Below, one piece after another: positions 33,730 through 44,047 of a stretch of DNA of 64,000 bases. Both the position numbers and the translations under genes were made by a program. Each line of letters opens with the position of its first letter. Within the stretch, counting starts at the first letter, position 1. This DNA comes from Limnochordia bacterium (GTDB lineage: Bacteria; Bacillota; Limnochordia; DTU080). The notes beneath the pieces are model-generated. The model was not told the DNA's origin. It saw only the letters and a list, made by a program, of their open reading frames with translations, and searched no databases. The DNA lies in assembly GCA_050951545.1 (NCBI GenBank), contig JBMNJG010000011.1:320001-384000 (forward strand). Reading direction: 5' to 3'.

Positions 33730-34596
33730 GTGGATCGGAATAAGGCACGTGTGCAGTTCGGTGAGATGAGTCCGGAACAACACAAGCGCTTGTTCGGCTC
33801 CGCCAAAACAACGGCGATCACCGACGAAGAGATCACAACACAGATCCTGGCCATCGCCAGCGGTAAAGGCGGAGTAGGTAAGTCAACGGTCACGGTAAAC
33901 CTGGCGGTCGCCCTACATAGCGCTGGTCACAGGGTCGGCATTCTTGATTGCGACGTGTACGGTTTCAGCATTCCGCGAATGCTGGGCATCGAGAAGGCTA
34001 CGCCTGTAATGCGGGATGAAAAGATCATCCCCATCGAAGCGCATGGTATGAAGGTTATCTCCATGGGCAACTTCGTCCAAGGCAATACGCCTGTGATATG
34101 GCGCGGCCCCATGCTGGGGAAGGTTCTCGAGCAGTTTCTCACAGACGTAGCCTGGGGAGAGCTAGACTTTCTTCTTCTCGATCTCCCGCCGGGAACTGGT
34201 GACGTCGCTTTGGACGTGGTGCGGCTCTTGCCGAAAAGCAGTCTGATTCTCGTCACGACGCCACAGGCAGTGGCGGCTGGTGTAGCCAGTAGGGCAGGTC
34301 AGATGGCTCACAAGACGAACCAGCGGCTTCTGGGAGTGGTCGAGAACATGTCTGGCTTTGTGTGCCCTCATTGCGGAGAGCAGAGCGCCATTTTCGGTGA
34401 GGGCGGAGGCCGTGCACTAGCTCAAGAGCTGGGAGTTGAGCTTCTGGGACAGATACCGCTTACCCTAGAAGCGCGAGTGTTGGGTGATGAAGGCGCACCA
34501 GCCGCGTTGGTGGCGGGCTCGCTGATGCAAAAAAGCTACACAGCCTTGGCAGAGCGTGTGCAGCGAATGCTAGGTGTAGCTGTTGCTCAGAAGTGA
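33730..34596 (+). CDS. Mrp/NBP35 Fe-S carrier ATPase
   Basis: SGKGGVGKST, WRGPM, DLPPGTGD, ENMS..CPHC. Confidence 0.95.
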   Translation: MDRNKARVQFGEMSPEQHKRLFGSAKTTAITDEEITTQILAIASGKGGVGKSTVTVNLAVALHSAGHRVGILDCDVYGFSIPRMLGIEKATPVMRDEKIIPIEAHGMKVISMGNFVQGNTPVIWRGPMLGKVLEQFLTDVAWGELDFLLLDLPPGTGDVALDVVRLLPKSSLILVTTPQAVAAGVASRAGQMAHKTNQRLLGVVENMSGFVCPHCGEQSAIFGEGGGRALAQELGVELLGQIPLTLEARVLGDEGAPAALVAGSLMQKSYTALAERVQRMLGVAVAQK

Positions 34597-34614
34597 AGGA
34601 TGCACTTGTCGGTG

Positions 34615-34656
34615 AGGCAGCAGACGACACGGCCTAATTCGGGTCGTCTGCTGCCT
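34615..34656. terminator. Hairpin between convergent mrp and trxB
   Basis: AGGCAGCAGACGAC / GTCGTCTGCTGCCT perfect 14-bp stem. Confidence 0.75.
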
Positions 34657-34665
34657 TGGCATTTT

Positions 34666-35589
34666 TCATCCGGTGGTGGTTTGATCCAGCCACTTCTCAC
34701 AGTCTAGGGCGGCCATGCATCCGGAGCCTGCGGCGGTGATCGCCTGCCGGTAGATCGTGTCTTGCACGTCTCCCGCTGCAAACACTCCAGGCACACTGGT
34801 ACGGGTTCGGTCGGTGACAGCTATGTAGCCGTTTACCAGATCGAGCTGACCTTCAAAGAGCTTTGTGTTGGGGGTATGGCCAATCGCCAGGAAGACGCCC
34901 TCGCAAGCAAGATGGCGCAGCTTCTGGGACTCTAGATCTCTCAGCATGACTCCGGTCACGTGGCCTTTGTCTGGGTCAAGAATCTCTTGGACCACGCTGT
35001 TCCAGGCAAAATGGATCTTTTCGTTGCGCATAGCCCGATCCTGCAGGACCTTGCTCGCGCGCAGCTGGCTGCGGCGATGGATGATGGTTACGCTTGAGGC
35101 GAAGCGGGTCAAGAAGAGCGCTTCCTCCAAAGCAGAATCGCCACCGCCCACTACGACGATCGGCTTGTCCCGAAAGAAGGCTCCGTCGCACGTAGCACAG
35201 GTCGACACTCCTCTGCCGAGCAGGGCCCGCTCACTTTCGAGGCCAAGCAGTCTGGCCGAAGCACCTGTGGCGATGATGACTGCCTGGGACTGGTAGCGAT
35301 TCCGTTCTGTAGTGATTTCATAGGGGCGCTTTTTGAGGTCGATGCCTATCGCACTCTCGGGCAGGCACGTAGCGCCAAAACGAATAGCCTGCTGCTTCAT
35401 AGCAGCCATCAGATCCCAGGCGTCAACACCCTCGGGAAAGCCTGGAAAGTTCTCTATGGTGGTCGTGAGGGTAAGCTGTCCCCCGGGCTGATGACCTTCG
35501 AGGACAATTGGCTCCAGGTTAGCTCGAGCGGTGTACAATGCGGCTGTGAGACCAGCGGGGCCCGAGCCTAAGATAATCACTTGGGACAA
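34666..35589 (-). CDS. trxB: Thioredoxin reductase
   Basis: GSGPAG, CATCDG, GGGDSALEEA, AAGDV..YRQAITAAG. Confidence 0.97.
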   Translation of the reverse strand: MSQVIILGSGPAGLTAALYTARANLEPIVLEGHQPGGQLTLTTTIENFPGFPEGVDAWDLMAAMKQQAIRFGATCLPESAIGIDLKKRPYEITTERNRYQSQAVIIATGASARLLGLESERALLGRGVSTCATCDGAFFRDKPIVVVGGGDSALEEALFLTRFASSVTIIHRRSQLRASKVLQDRAMRNEKIHFAWNSVVQEILDPDKGHVTGVMLRDLESQKLRHLACEGVFLAIGHTPNTKLFEGQLDLVNGYIAVTDRTRTSVPGVFAAGDVQDTIYRQAITAAGSGCMAALDCEKWLDQTTTG

Positions 35590-35896
35590 TGCGGCACCTC
35601 TCTATAGCATAATGTGACGTTGTGCGGGCATGTCGCCGGCTGCTCTCAGTATTCGCCACTTATGACAAGAGCTTCCTACCGATGTGTACGTTACGGCGAA
35701 CACCTGCTGCAGCGCCTCGATTACCACGTGTGGTTGGCCGCCGACACGCGTACTCCTACGGACGTTTTCTACGCTGCATCATCGATAATCCAATATATCG
35801 TGTTGGGGGGGAGGGTGCAAGCGCTTGGACAACGTACCGCTACTGCCGCCTTGTCGTAGGATGCTCGAGAGGCCAAGAAGGGGAAGGGTGGAACCA

Positions 35897-37042
35897 ATGG
35901 CTTTGGCTGTTCCAAATGGCGGGGTCTTGGTTGACTGCGAGCTCAAGGGAGAGGCGGCGTTACAGGCGGCGGAAAAGGCACAGGGGTTGCGGGAGGTAGA
36001 GCTTGGCTCTTGCGCTGTCTCTGATCTGCTGATGATGGCCACCGGGGTGTTGAGCCCACTGTGTGGTTTCATGGATCGCCTGCAGTACGAAGCAGTGGTC
36101 GAGAGCATGCGCCTTCCCAGTAGTGAACTGTTGGGGCTACCTGTGACGCTACCCATACGCCAGAATGAGGCGGAAGGACTACGCCTTGGTGAGGAAGTTG
36201 CGCTCGTGAGTGCTGGTACTGCTCTCGGGCTCATGCGCATTGAAGACATCTACTCCTATGACAAGCGGCGCGAAGCACTTGCGGTTTTCGGAACTCAGGA
36301 TGTGGCTCATCCGGGTGTCGCTCGTCTGTTGCGACAGCCTGACATGCTTGTTGGAGGACCTGTAACGCTTTTTCGGCGGCCACACTCGCCGTTTGCGGTC
36401 TATGAGAAGACGCCGAAGGAGCTGAGGAACGAGTTCGAGCTGCGGGGTTGGCAGAGCGTTGTCGGTTTCCAGACCCGCAACCCGATTCATCGGGCGCACG
36501 AGTACATCCAGAAATGTGCTCTGGAGATGGTAGATGGGTTGTTGCTGCATCCACTCGTTGGCGAGACGAAACCCGATGACATTAGCCCAGCCGTTCGCTT
36601 TCGAAGCTATGAGGTGATGCTGGCCGATTACTATCCCGTTCACAGGGTCATACTGGCCGCTTTTCCAGCAGCGATGCGCTATGCAGGTCCTCGTGAGGCT
36701 ATCTTTCATGCCATGTGCAGACGCAACTATGGATGCACTCACTTCATTGTAGGCAGGGATCACGCGGGCGTGGGCAGCTACTATGGTACCTATGCCGCTC
36801 AACAGATCTTCTCCCAGTTCCAACCAGCAGAGTTGGGCATTCAGCCATTGATGTTTGAGCATGCGTTCTTCTGCCACCTCTGCAACCAGATGGGTAGCCT
36901 CAAGACTTGCCCGCATTCCACTGATCATCACGTCAGCCTCAGCGGCAGCAAAGTACGAGCCATGCTCCAGGCCAATCAGGCACCACCGCCTGAGATCACC
37001 AGACCGGAAGTAGCCGCGGTACTAATGGCGGCCGATGGGTAG
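35897..37042 (+). CDS. sat: Sulfate adenylyltransferase (Sat type)
   Basis: FQTRNPIHRAH, MRYAGPREA, HFIVGRDHAG, SGSKVR. Confidence 0.96.
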   Translation: MALAVPNGGVLVDCELKGEAALQAAEKAQGLREVELGSCAVSDLLMMATGVLSPLCGFMDRLQYEAVVESMRLPSSELLGLPVTLPIRQNEAEGLRLGEEVALVSAGTALGLMRIEDIYSYDKRREALAVFGTQDVAHPGVARLLRQPDMLVGGPVTLFRRPHSPFAVYEKTPKELRNEFELRGWQSVVGFQTRNPIHRAHEYIQKCALEMVDGLLLHPLVGETKPDDISPAVRFRSYEVMLADYYPVHRVILAAFPAAMRYAGPREAIFHAMCRRNYGCTHFIVGRDHAGVGSYYGTYAAQQIFSQFQPAELGIQPLMFEHAFFCHLCNQMGSLKTCPHSTDHHVSLSGSKVRAMLQANQAPPPEITRPEVAAVLMAADG

Positions 37043-37057
37043 GGTGATAGGGGGGAT

Positions 37058-37594
37058 ATGTGCTCCTTGTCTAACCTCATGATCTCTCGCACGCTGCTGA
37101 ACGAGATGGTGACACACTGCCGGAGGGAGCTACCCCACGAAGCCTGTGGGCTGCTAGCAGGCAAGGGGACACGAGTAACGGTGGTCATGCCCATGCCCAA
37201 TGCAGCGGTTGATCCTGAACACCACTATGTTGTGGACAGCGTGGCCCAAAGGCAGGCCTTTCGCCTCATGGATGACAAAAAATGGGAGTTCGTAGGTGTC
37301 TACCACTCCCATCCGAGGGGCGCTGCTGTACCGTCGACAACCGATATCCGCCAGTCACTCTACTGCCATGTCGTTCATGTGATTGTGAGCTTGCGCTGGA
37401 GTGATGCTGTAGTAAGGGCGTATCGGCTGATACGGGAATCTGAGCGTTACGTCCGTGTGGGCGTTGATATCGCATTGCCAAGCAGCGCGTCGCGCACCCG
37501 ACCCCCGCGAACAAGAACCTTGCGTCGCTCTCAGGCGGGTGATACACTTGATGCGAATAGATGGCGAGACTGGCATGTGGACGGCAGGAGGTAG
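37058..37594 (+). CDS. JAB/JAMM (Mov34/Mec+-like) metallopeptidase
   Basis: EACGLL...YHSHP...PSTTD (E-HxH-S-D motif). Confidence 0.88.
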   Translation: MCSLSNLMISRTLLNEMVTHCRRELPHEACGLLAGKGTRVTVVMPMPNAAVDPEHHYVVDSVAQRQAFRLMDDKKWEFVGVYHSHPRGAAVPSTTDIRQSLYCHVVHVIVSLRWSDAVVRAYRLIRESERYVRVGVDIALPSSASRTRPPRTRTLRRSQAGDTLDANRWRDWHVDGRR

Positions 37595-37597
37595 CTG

Positions 37598-38194
37598 TTG
37601 GCAGGTTCTTCATCCACAGACATCGTGTTGGCCTCTGGGTCACCGCGTCGTCGAGAGCTACTAATGTCCATCGGGTTGTCCTTTCGAGTGATTGTCCCGC
37701 AAGTTTCCGAAGCGCAGTATGCGTGTGGTGATCCGGTTGATATGGCGCGGAAACTGGCTCAAGCTAAGGCGGATGCGGTGTCTCGGCTGGTGCCAGAAGC
37801 TATTGTCATAGCCGCCGACACTTTGGTGGTGCATCAGGGGGTTGTACTAGGCAAACCCCGCGATCCTGAGCATGCCCGACGTATGCTAGCTGCCCTGAGC
37901 GGCCATCGCCATCATGTGATTACCGGGGTGGCAATTGCCATAGGAAGGGATTCACACAGACTCTTGGTGGATCACGAAGTGACCGTGGTTCAATTTCGTA
38001 CTCTGCGCAGCTCCGAGATAGAGGCCTATGTGGCAAGCGGCGAGCCAGCAGACAAGGCAGGGGCCTATGGCATTCAGGGATTGGCAAGCCTGTTTGTGAC
38101 GCGTATCGAGGGCTGCTACTTCAATGTGGTTGGTCTGCCGCTGGCGAAGCTGTCTGTGATGCTGGCGGTGTGTGGGATAGATGTGCTATCCTAA
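37598..38194 (+). CDS. maf: Maf nucleotide pyrophosphatase
   Basis: LASGSPRRRELL, AADTLV, GKP, DKAGAYGIQG, NVVGLP. Confidence 0.96.
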   Translation: MAGSSSTDIVLASGSPRRRELLMSIGLSFRVIVPQVSEAQYACGDPVDMARKLAQAKADAVSRLVPEAIVIAADTLVVHQGVVLGKPRDPEHARRMLAALSGHRHHVITGVAIAIGRDSHRLLVDHEVTVVQFRTLRSSEIEAYVASGEPADKAGAYGIQGLASLFVTRIEGCYFNVVGLPLAKLSVMLAVCGIDVLS

Positions 38195-38233
38195 CAAGGG
38201 TACGTGTCCGTGAGGGTATACGGAAGGTGAGCT

Positions 38234-38929
38234 GTGTCCATGGGGACCACCATCGGATGTATGCCCAGAGTGGAAAGACCGAGGGAACGTCTCTTGGCGC
38301 ATGGGCCACAGGCCCTAAGTAGTCGAGAGCTCTTGGCGCTGGTTTTGAACACTGGTATCGCAGAACGCTCCAGCTTGGATTTGGCGGATGAGATGCTGGT
38401 TCGTTGGCGAGATCTGCGTAAGCTTGCCGATGCTAGTGTTGAAGAGATCGCCCAAATTCGGGGTGTGGGTCCCGCCAAAGCAGTAAGGCTACTGGCAGCC
38501 CTGGAGCTAGGCAGGCGGCTGCTATTGCAGACGGGGGAGCAGCGCCCCCAGATTCGCTGCGCCGCAGATGTCGCTGCCCTGAGCCTGGCCAAAATGCGTG
38601 ATCTTCCACGGGAGGAGTTTGTGGCGTTCTTGTTGGATACCAAGCATCGGGTGATTGAGGCGAAGACTATATCTGTAGGGCATCTTAGCGCCTCCTTAGT
38701 ACATCCTAGGGAGCTGTTTCGTGAAGGTGTCCGTCGTAGTGCTGCAGCTATGATCTTGGCTCATAACCATCCCAGTGGAGATCCGGAGCCCAGCAATGAG
38801 GATGTGCGTCTGACCCATCGCCTGCAACAGGCAGGAAAGCTGTTGGGGATTACTGTGTTGGACCACGTCGTTATAGGCGATAATAGGTATGTGAGTTTGC
38901 GAGAACGGGGCCTGTGCGAAGAGCTATGA
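38234..38929 (+). CDS. radC: RadC family JAB-domain protein
   Basis: [38 protein letters not shown]. Confidence 0.96.
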   Translation: MSMGTTIGCMPRVERPRERLLAHGPQALSSRELLALVLNTGIAERSSLDLADEMLVRWRDLRKLADASVEEIAQIRGVGPAKAVRLLAALELGRRLLLQTGEQRPQIRCAADVAALSLAKMRDLPREEFVAFLLDTKHRVIEAKTISVGHLSASLVHPRELFREGVRRSAAAMILAHNHPSGDPEPSNEDVRLTHRLQQAGKLLGITVLDHVVIGDNRYVSLRERGLCEEL

Positions 38930-38955
38930 TGTGGCGAAAGGGTGCAATCAGCGGA

Positions 38956-39984
38956 ATGCTCGAGCGGTTCTCGCGCGACATGGGTATCGACCTCGGTACT
39001 GCTAACACCCTTGTCTATGTGAAAGGGCGAGGCGTGGTTGTCTGCGAGCCCTCGGTAGTGGCCATGGCTAGCCAAAGTAATGAAGTGCTTGCGGTTGGCG
39101 AAGAGGCCAAAAGGATGGTGGGGCGGACTCCGGGAAACATCATAGCGGTACGCCCCTTAAAAGATGGGGTCATAGCAGATTTTGATGTCACAGAGCGCAT
39201 GTTGCGCCACTTCATGAATAGAGCTGTCAAGCGCAGGGGCTTTATCCGTCCGCGGGTGCTCGTGGGCGTGCCTTCAGGAGTCACCGAAGTGGAGAAGCGG
39301 GCAGTTATTGATGCGACGCTCTCTGCGGGTGCCAAGGACGCGCGGCTAATCGAAGAGCCGATGGCCGCAGCGATCGGTGCTGGCCTGCCAGTGCAAGAGC
39401 CTACTGGCAACATGATCGTGGATATCGGCGGCGGCACGACTGAGGTGGCTGTGATTTCGTTGGGGGGTATCGTCTCGCACCGTTCGATTCGGGTGGCCGG
39501 TGATGAGATGGACGAAGCTATTGTGCAGCACGTGCGTCGGGCCTACAATCTTCTGATTGGTGAACGTACCGCAGAAGAGATCAAGACCGTTATTGGGGCG
39601 GCCAACGGTCAGACAGAAGGGCGTACCATGGAGGTGCGCGGTCGCGATCTGGTAACGGGACTGCCGAAGACAGTCACGGTCACAGATGACGAGGTGCGCG
39701 ACGCCTTGGCTGAGCCCGTGACAGCGATTATCGAGGCTGTACGGATGACCCTGGAGCGCACTCCGCCGGAACTCGCCGCAGATATCATGGATCGCGGTAT
39801 TGTTCTGGCAGGGGGTGGAGCTTTGCTGCGGGGTATCGATCGACTGCTAGGGGAAGAGACGGGGATGCCAGTGCATATCGCTGAGGATCCAGTCAGTTCT
39901 GTGGCTTTGGGCACAGGTATTGCGCTTGAGCACTATGACGTCATGCAGCGAGTTTTACTCAATCCTCGTCGGCAGAGCCGGTAG
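38956..39984 (+). CDS. mreB: Rod shape protein MreB
   Basis: [33 protein letters not shown]. Confidence 0.98.
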   Translation: MLERFSRDMGIDLGTANTLVYVKGRGVVVCEPSVVAMASQSNEVLAVGEEAKRMVGRTPGNIIAVRPLKDGVIADFDVTERMLRHFMNRAVKRRGFIRPRVLVGVPSGVTEVEKRAVIDATLSAGAKDARLIEEPMAAAIGAGLPVQEPTGNMIVDIGGGTTEVAVISLGGIVSHRSIRVAGDEMDEAIVQHVRRAYNLLIGERTAEEIKTVIGAANGQTEGRTMEVRGRDLVTGLPKTVTVTDDEVRDALAEPVTAIIEAVRMTLERTPPELAADIMDRGIVLAGGGALLRGIDRLLGEETGMPVHIAEDPVSSVALGTGIALEHYDVMQRVLLNPRRQSR

Positions 39985-40815
39985 TTGTATGAGGTGTGGC
40001 AGGTGGGCCCCAAACGATGGCGCTGGGCTGCCTTGGTCCCTCTTTTTCTGATTATCGCGGGCGTCATTTTTCTGACGGTTGGCCAGCGAGACTCGCTTAG
40101 CTGGCCGGAATGGGCCCTACGTGAGGCACTGGCCCCGCTGCAAAGCGGGGTTAGCCGTGCTTACAGAATGGTAGCGAACGGCGTGGAAGGTCTTTTCGGG
40201 CTGACCGGTCTTGCACAGGAGAACGAGAGTCTGCGCCAGGAAGTGGAGCAACTGCGTGCGGAACGCATGGAGTTACTCGAAGCACAGCGCGAAAACGAAG
40301 GGCTGCGACATGTGCTGCAGCTTGCTCGTGACACACGTTCTCAGGTAGTGGTAGCTGAAGTTATTGCTCGCACACCAAATAACTGGTTTAACACCTTGAC
40401 CGTTGGAAAGGGGACAGTGCATGGTCTCAGGAAAGGTATGGCTGTTGTGACCCCGGAAGGGGTGGTAGGGCATATCCGTTCCGCGACAAGTCATACCGCC
40501 GAGGTACTTCTGATCCTTGATCAGAGGTCAGCGTTGGGGGCTCGCATACACCGGACTAGTGAGGTAGCGTTGGTGGAAGGGTTGGGCGGCTCCGGTGAAG
40601 GACGGGCTCTGGTAAAGCCATTGTCGCGCGAAACTGACATCCGCAAAGGTGATCTCGTTATCACCTCGGGACTGTCCGAGATCTACCCAAAAGGTCTTAC
40701 TGTCGGTGTCATCGAGCAGACTCTTGAAGGTCAGTATGGGCTCACGCGCTACGGGGTACTCAAGCCAGCCGTCGATTTCGGGCGTCTGGAGTGGGTGGCT
40801 GTGCTTTCGCGGTGA
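39985..40815 (+). CDS. mreC: Rod shape protein MreC
   Basis: TM, coiled coil, GVVG, TSGL..YPKGL, PAVDF; synteny. Confidence 0.93.
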   Translation: MYEVWQVGPKRWRWAALVPLFLIIAGVIFLTVGQRDSLSWPEWALREALAPLQSGVSRAYRMVANGVEGLFGLTGLAQENESLRQEVEQLRAERMELLEAQRENEGLRHVLQLARDTRSQVVVAEVIARTPNNWFNTLTVGKGTVHGLRKGMAVVTPEGVVGHIRSATSHTAEVLLILDQRSALGARIHRTSEVALVEGLGGSGEGRALVKPLSRETDIRKGDLVITSGLSEIYPKGLTVGVIEQTLEGQYGLTRYGVLKPAVDFGRLEWVAVLSR

Positions 40816-40841
40816 CCCGGACTTCAATAGGAGAGTGTACT

Positions 40842-41342
40842 GTGCCAGCGGTTAGAGTGCTGTGCGTTATCATCGGGGCAATGCTGTTGGGAGTGCTGAT
40901 GCAGTCCACGGTTCTTGCTGCCTGGGCTCCTCGATTTCGGCTAGATCTGGTCACGGCCATGGCCACTGCGTTTGGCCTCGTCGCTGGCCCTCTTGCCGGA
41001 GGCGTGGCAGGCCTTGTTGGGGGGCTGCTCGGAGACATGCTCACTGGTCGTCTTGTGGGTCTGGGGATGTTGACCCATGCCGTCGTCGGCCTGCTCAGCG
41101 GTCTTCTGGGGAGACGGCTCTTTAGCGAGAATCTGTTGGTACCCTTTGGAGCGGGAGCGCTACTCACATGCCTGGAGCAGACATTTTACCTACTGGGCGC
41201 GAAAGCTTTTGGGGTGGTTATTCCCTTCGGGAAGAGTCTGGCACACTTTGTGTTGCCTTCCTTATGGTATAATGGTGTGTTGACCGCCCTGTGCTTCATG
41301 CTGGTACACAAAGCGAGTAACCACCTGACTAGCAGCGAGTGA
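40842..41342 (+). CDS. mreD: Rod shape protein MreD
   Basis: Hydrophobic, GLLGD motif; synteny. Confidence 0.88.
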   Translation: MPAVRVLCVIIGAMLLGVLMQSTVLAAWAPRFRLDLVTAMATAFGLVAGPLAGGVAGLVGGLLGDMLTGRLVGLGMLTHAVVGLLSGLLGRRLFSENLLVPFGAGALLTCLEQTFYLLGAKAFGVVIPFGKSLAHFVLPSLWYNGVLTALCFMLVHKASNHLTSSE

Positions 41343-41368
41343 GTCGCGGGCGGTAAGGGGGCTCAGCA

Positions 41369-43204
41369 GTGTCCGACCGTGACCTTGGTGTTCGTCTCAA
41401 GACCATGGGGGCGATTCTTGTCGTCTTGTTCGCTCTGTTGGCCACCCGCCTTTGGTATCTGCAGGTGGTTAGAGGCGAACAGTATGCGGCTCTCGCGGAT
41501 GGCAACCGCATTCGGGTAGTGCCTATCCGGGCTCCCCGTGGGGGCATCTTCGACCGCCAGGAGAGGGCCATCGTAAACAATCGCTTTTCCTACACCGTTT
41601 CCGTGGTGCCCCTCGGTCTCCCAGCCGAAGCCAGACCCCGGGTCTTGGAACTGCTGGCCCGTATCATAAAGATGCCAGTGGAGGAGATCGAACGCATCCT
41701 TGATGAAGAGAGTGGTCCATACCCTTATGAGCCAGTGCGGCTTAAGCGTGATGTGAGTCCAGCGACAGTTATTGCTCTGGAGGAGCAACGGATGGATCTG
41801 CCTGGTGTTCTCGTTGAAGAGGAGTGGACTCGAGAGTATGTTCACAAGGATCTAGCCAGCCAGACTTTGGGCTATCTCGGCGCAGTAGATCGAGAAGATT
41901 TGAAGAAAGGCTACAAACCCACTGACCTGATCGGGAAGACAGGGCTGGAGAAGACCTATGAAGAGTTTCTGCGTGGGGAGGACGGCCAGCGTCGCGTGGA
42001 GGTCAACGCTTTGAGTCGGCCTTTGCGGGAGCTGTCCACCATCGACCCCGTACCCGGCTACGATCTGCATCTGACCCTTGATCTCGGTCTGCAAGAAGCT
42101 GCTGAGAAGGCAATGCGCACCCATCTGGCCAAGCTTGCGAAAAGCAGTGCCCGGCGGGCCGGAGCGGGTGCTGTGGTGGCTCTGGATCCGCGAAGTGGAG
42201 AGATACTGGCTCTGGTAAGCCAGCCCGGTTACGACCCCAATATGTTCCTGAGCGAGGATCGCAGTAACTACTACAGGAAGATTCTTGCGAATCCGCATAA
42301 GCCTCTTCTGAATAGGGCCTTGTTGGACTATCCTCCCGGTTCCGCGTTCAAACCCTTTACAGGATTGACGGCTCTGGATGCGGGTTCTTTAGGGCCCAAT
42401 GAAGTGTACAACGCTACGGGCTACGGCAAGTATGGCAAGCGCGATTGGACATTGCGTTCGAGACCTCCGCAAAGACCTGCGGGTAGAGTGACTATCGTGG
42501 GAGCGCTCGCTCGTTCGGCGAACGATTTCTTCTGGAATATTGCTCTTCGCTCGGGTACGGGGGGGGTCGATGCCATAGCCCGTATGGCTCGGTCTTTTGG
42601 TTTTGGCCAGCCTACAGGCCTGAGAATCTCACCGACAGAACGTAGTGGTCTGATCCCTGACAAAGAGTGGAAGGGCAAGACCTACCGTCAGCCGTGGTAT
42701 GAGGCAGAGACGATGGACGTGGCCATTGGTCAGGGGTTCGTCAAAGTGACCCCCCTGCAACTGGCGGTGGCCTACATGGGCATAGCCAATAGTGGTGAAA
42801 TCTACCGTCCCTACCTCGTCAAACGGGTGATGACGCCAGAAGGGCAGGTGGTGGTAGATGCCGCACCACAGCTAGCTCGGCGGGTCAAGACGGACGCGGC
42901 CAATTGGGCAGCGGTCATAGAAGGTCTGAAAGCGGTGGCTCAGTGGCCAAATGGCACGGCAGCTGGTTCTTTTCGCAGCGCGAAGTATGATCCGGCTGGC
43001 AAGACAGGCTCAGCTCAAACAACAATTGGACAGCCAGCACATGCCTGGTTCGCAGGTTTTGCTCCAGCGAGTGCTCCCGAAATCGTGGTGGTAGTCTTTG
43101 CCGAGTTTGCGGAGGGGGGCTCGTCAGCTGCAGCTCCGATTGCCAGGCAGGTGATGGATGCGTACTTTAGGATGAAGTCCGAAAGAACAGCGAAAGCATC
43201 TTGA
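41369..43204 (+). CDS. mrdA: Penicillin-binding protein 2
   Basis: RLWYLQ, GKTGLE, PGSAFK (SxxK), SAN, KTG. Confidence 0.95.
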   Translation: MSDRDLGVRLKTMGAILVVLFALLATRLWYLQVVRGEQYAALADGNRIRVVPIRAPRGGIFDRQERAIVNNRFSYTVSVVPLGLPAEARPRVLELLARIIKMPVEEIERILDEESGPYPYEPVRLKRDVSPATVIALEEQRMDLPGVLVEEEWTREYVHKDLASQTLGYLGAVDREDLKKGYKPTDLIGKTGLEKTYEEFLRGEDGQRRVEVNALSRPLRELSTIDPVPGYDLHLTLDLGLQEAAEKAMRTHLAKLAKSSARRAGAGAVVALDPRSGEILALVSQPGYDPNMFLSEDRSNYYRKILANPHKPLLNRALLDYPPGSAFKPFTGLTALDAGSLGPNEVYNATGYGKYGKRDWTLRSRPPQRPAGRVTIVGALARSANDFFWNIALRSGTGGVDAIARMARSFGFGQPTGLRISPTERSGLIPDKEWKGKTYRQPWYEAETMDVAIGQGFVKVTPLQLAVAYMGIANSGEIYRPYLVKRVMTPEGQVVVDAAPQLARRVKTDAANWAAVIEGLKAVAQWPNGTAAGSFRSAKYDPAGKTGSAQTTIGQPAHAWFAGFAPASAPEIVVVVFAEFAEGGSSAAAPIARQVMDAYFRMKSERTAKAS

Positions 43205-43280
43205 GCAACGCTGTGCCCATAACTTCATTAAAGGGAACGTGCTCTCCCTGGAGAAACAGGTATAGCAGATCGTTGGGGAA

Positions 43281-43934
43281 GTGGACGGTGACACGGTGAT
43301 TGCTCGCGAGAGCGTAGTGCTCAAGGGGGGGCGCTACGGTGTGTCCATAGTTATCAGGGATGGAGCGGATTTTGCCACTGTCATTGCGGAGCTGCGTCGG
43401 AAGTTGGGTCCTGCGCGCAGCTTTTTTGGCAATGCACCGGTGCGTGTAGATCCGGGTAGCACGGCTCTGGCGCCCGAAGAGCGTCAGATACTGGAGGCTA
43501 CCTTGCACGAGTTCGGCATACGCATTGACGATACGGAGGAACCTGAACGGCCCTCCATGCGCGGAGTCGTAGCAGCCAAGGCGGCTGCGGAGCAGCAGGA
43601 AGATAGTCACACGCTGCTGCATAAGCGGACACTGCGTTCTGGACAGCGAATCGACTATGACGGTAATGTCGTGGTATTCGGTGATGTGAACCCAGGCGCG
43701 GTCATTGTATGCACTGGGGATATCGTGGTCTTTGGTACCCTGCGAGGTATGGCGCATGCTGGGGCGCAGGGCAATGTGCGTGCGATCGTCGCTGCGTTCA
43801 GGCTCGAGCCAACTCAACTGCGCATAGCTCACATCATATCCAGGGCACCTGATGATGATGAAGGGCACCCTTCGGTACCGGAGGTGGCGCTTGTCAGGGA
43901 TGAATCCATTATTATTGAGGCCTTTTCCTCATAG
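43281..43934 (+). CDS. minC: Septum site-determining protein MinC
   Basis: TLRSGQ, GDVNPGA, LRGMAHAG, QLRIA. Confidence 0.95.
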   Translation: MDGDTVIARESVVLKGGRYGVSIVIRDGADFATVIAELRRKLGPARSFFGNAPVRVDPGSTALAPEERQILEATLHEFGIRIDDTEEPERPSMRGVVAAKAAAEQQEDSHTLLHKRTLRSGQRIDYDGNVVVFGDVNPGAVIVCTGDIVVFGTLRGMAHAGAQGNVRAIVAAFRLEPTQLRIAHIISRAPDDDEGHPSVPEVALVRDESIIIEAFSS

Positions 43935-44047
43935 ATTTCGCGTTGGGGTACCACAGCTTCGCGGGGGAGGTTCGAAGCGTGTCTGGGCGTGTGACCGACA
44001 GCAACAGCGGAGAAGGCTGTGCAAGTAAGACGAGAGCTACCGCTGAT

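Noticed and set aside
37058-38929. Two JAB-domain genes as a CBASS or ubiquitin-like defence system
   Set aside because: radC is in its normal maf-radC-mreB position, and no CD-NTase, E1/E2 or Ubl gene is present.
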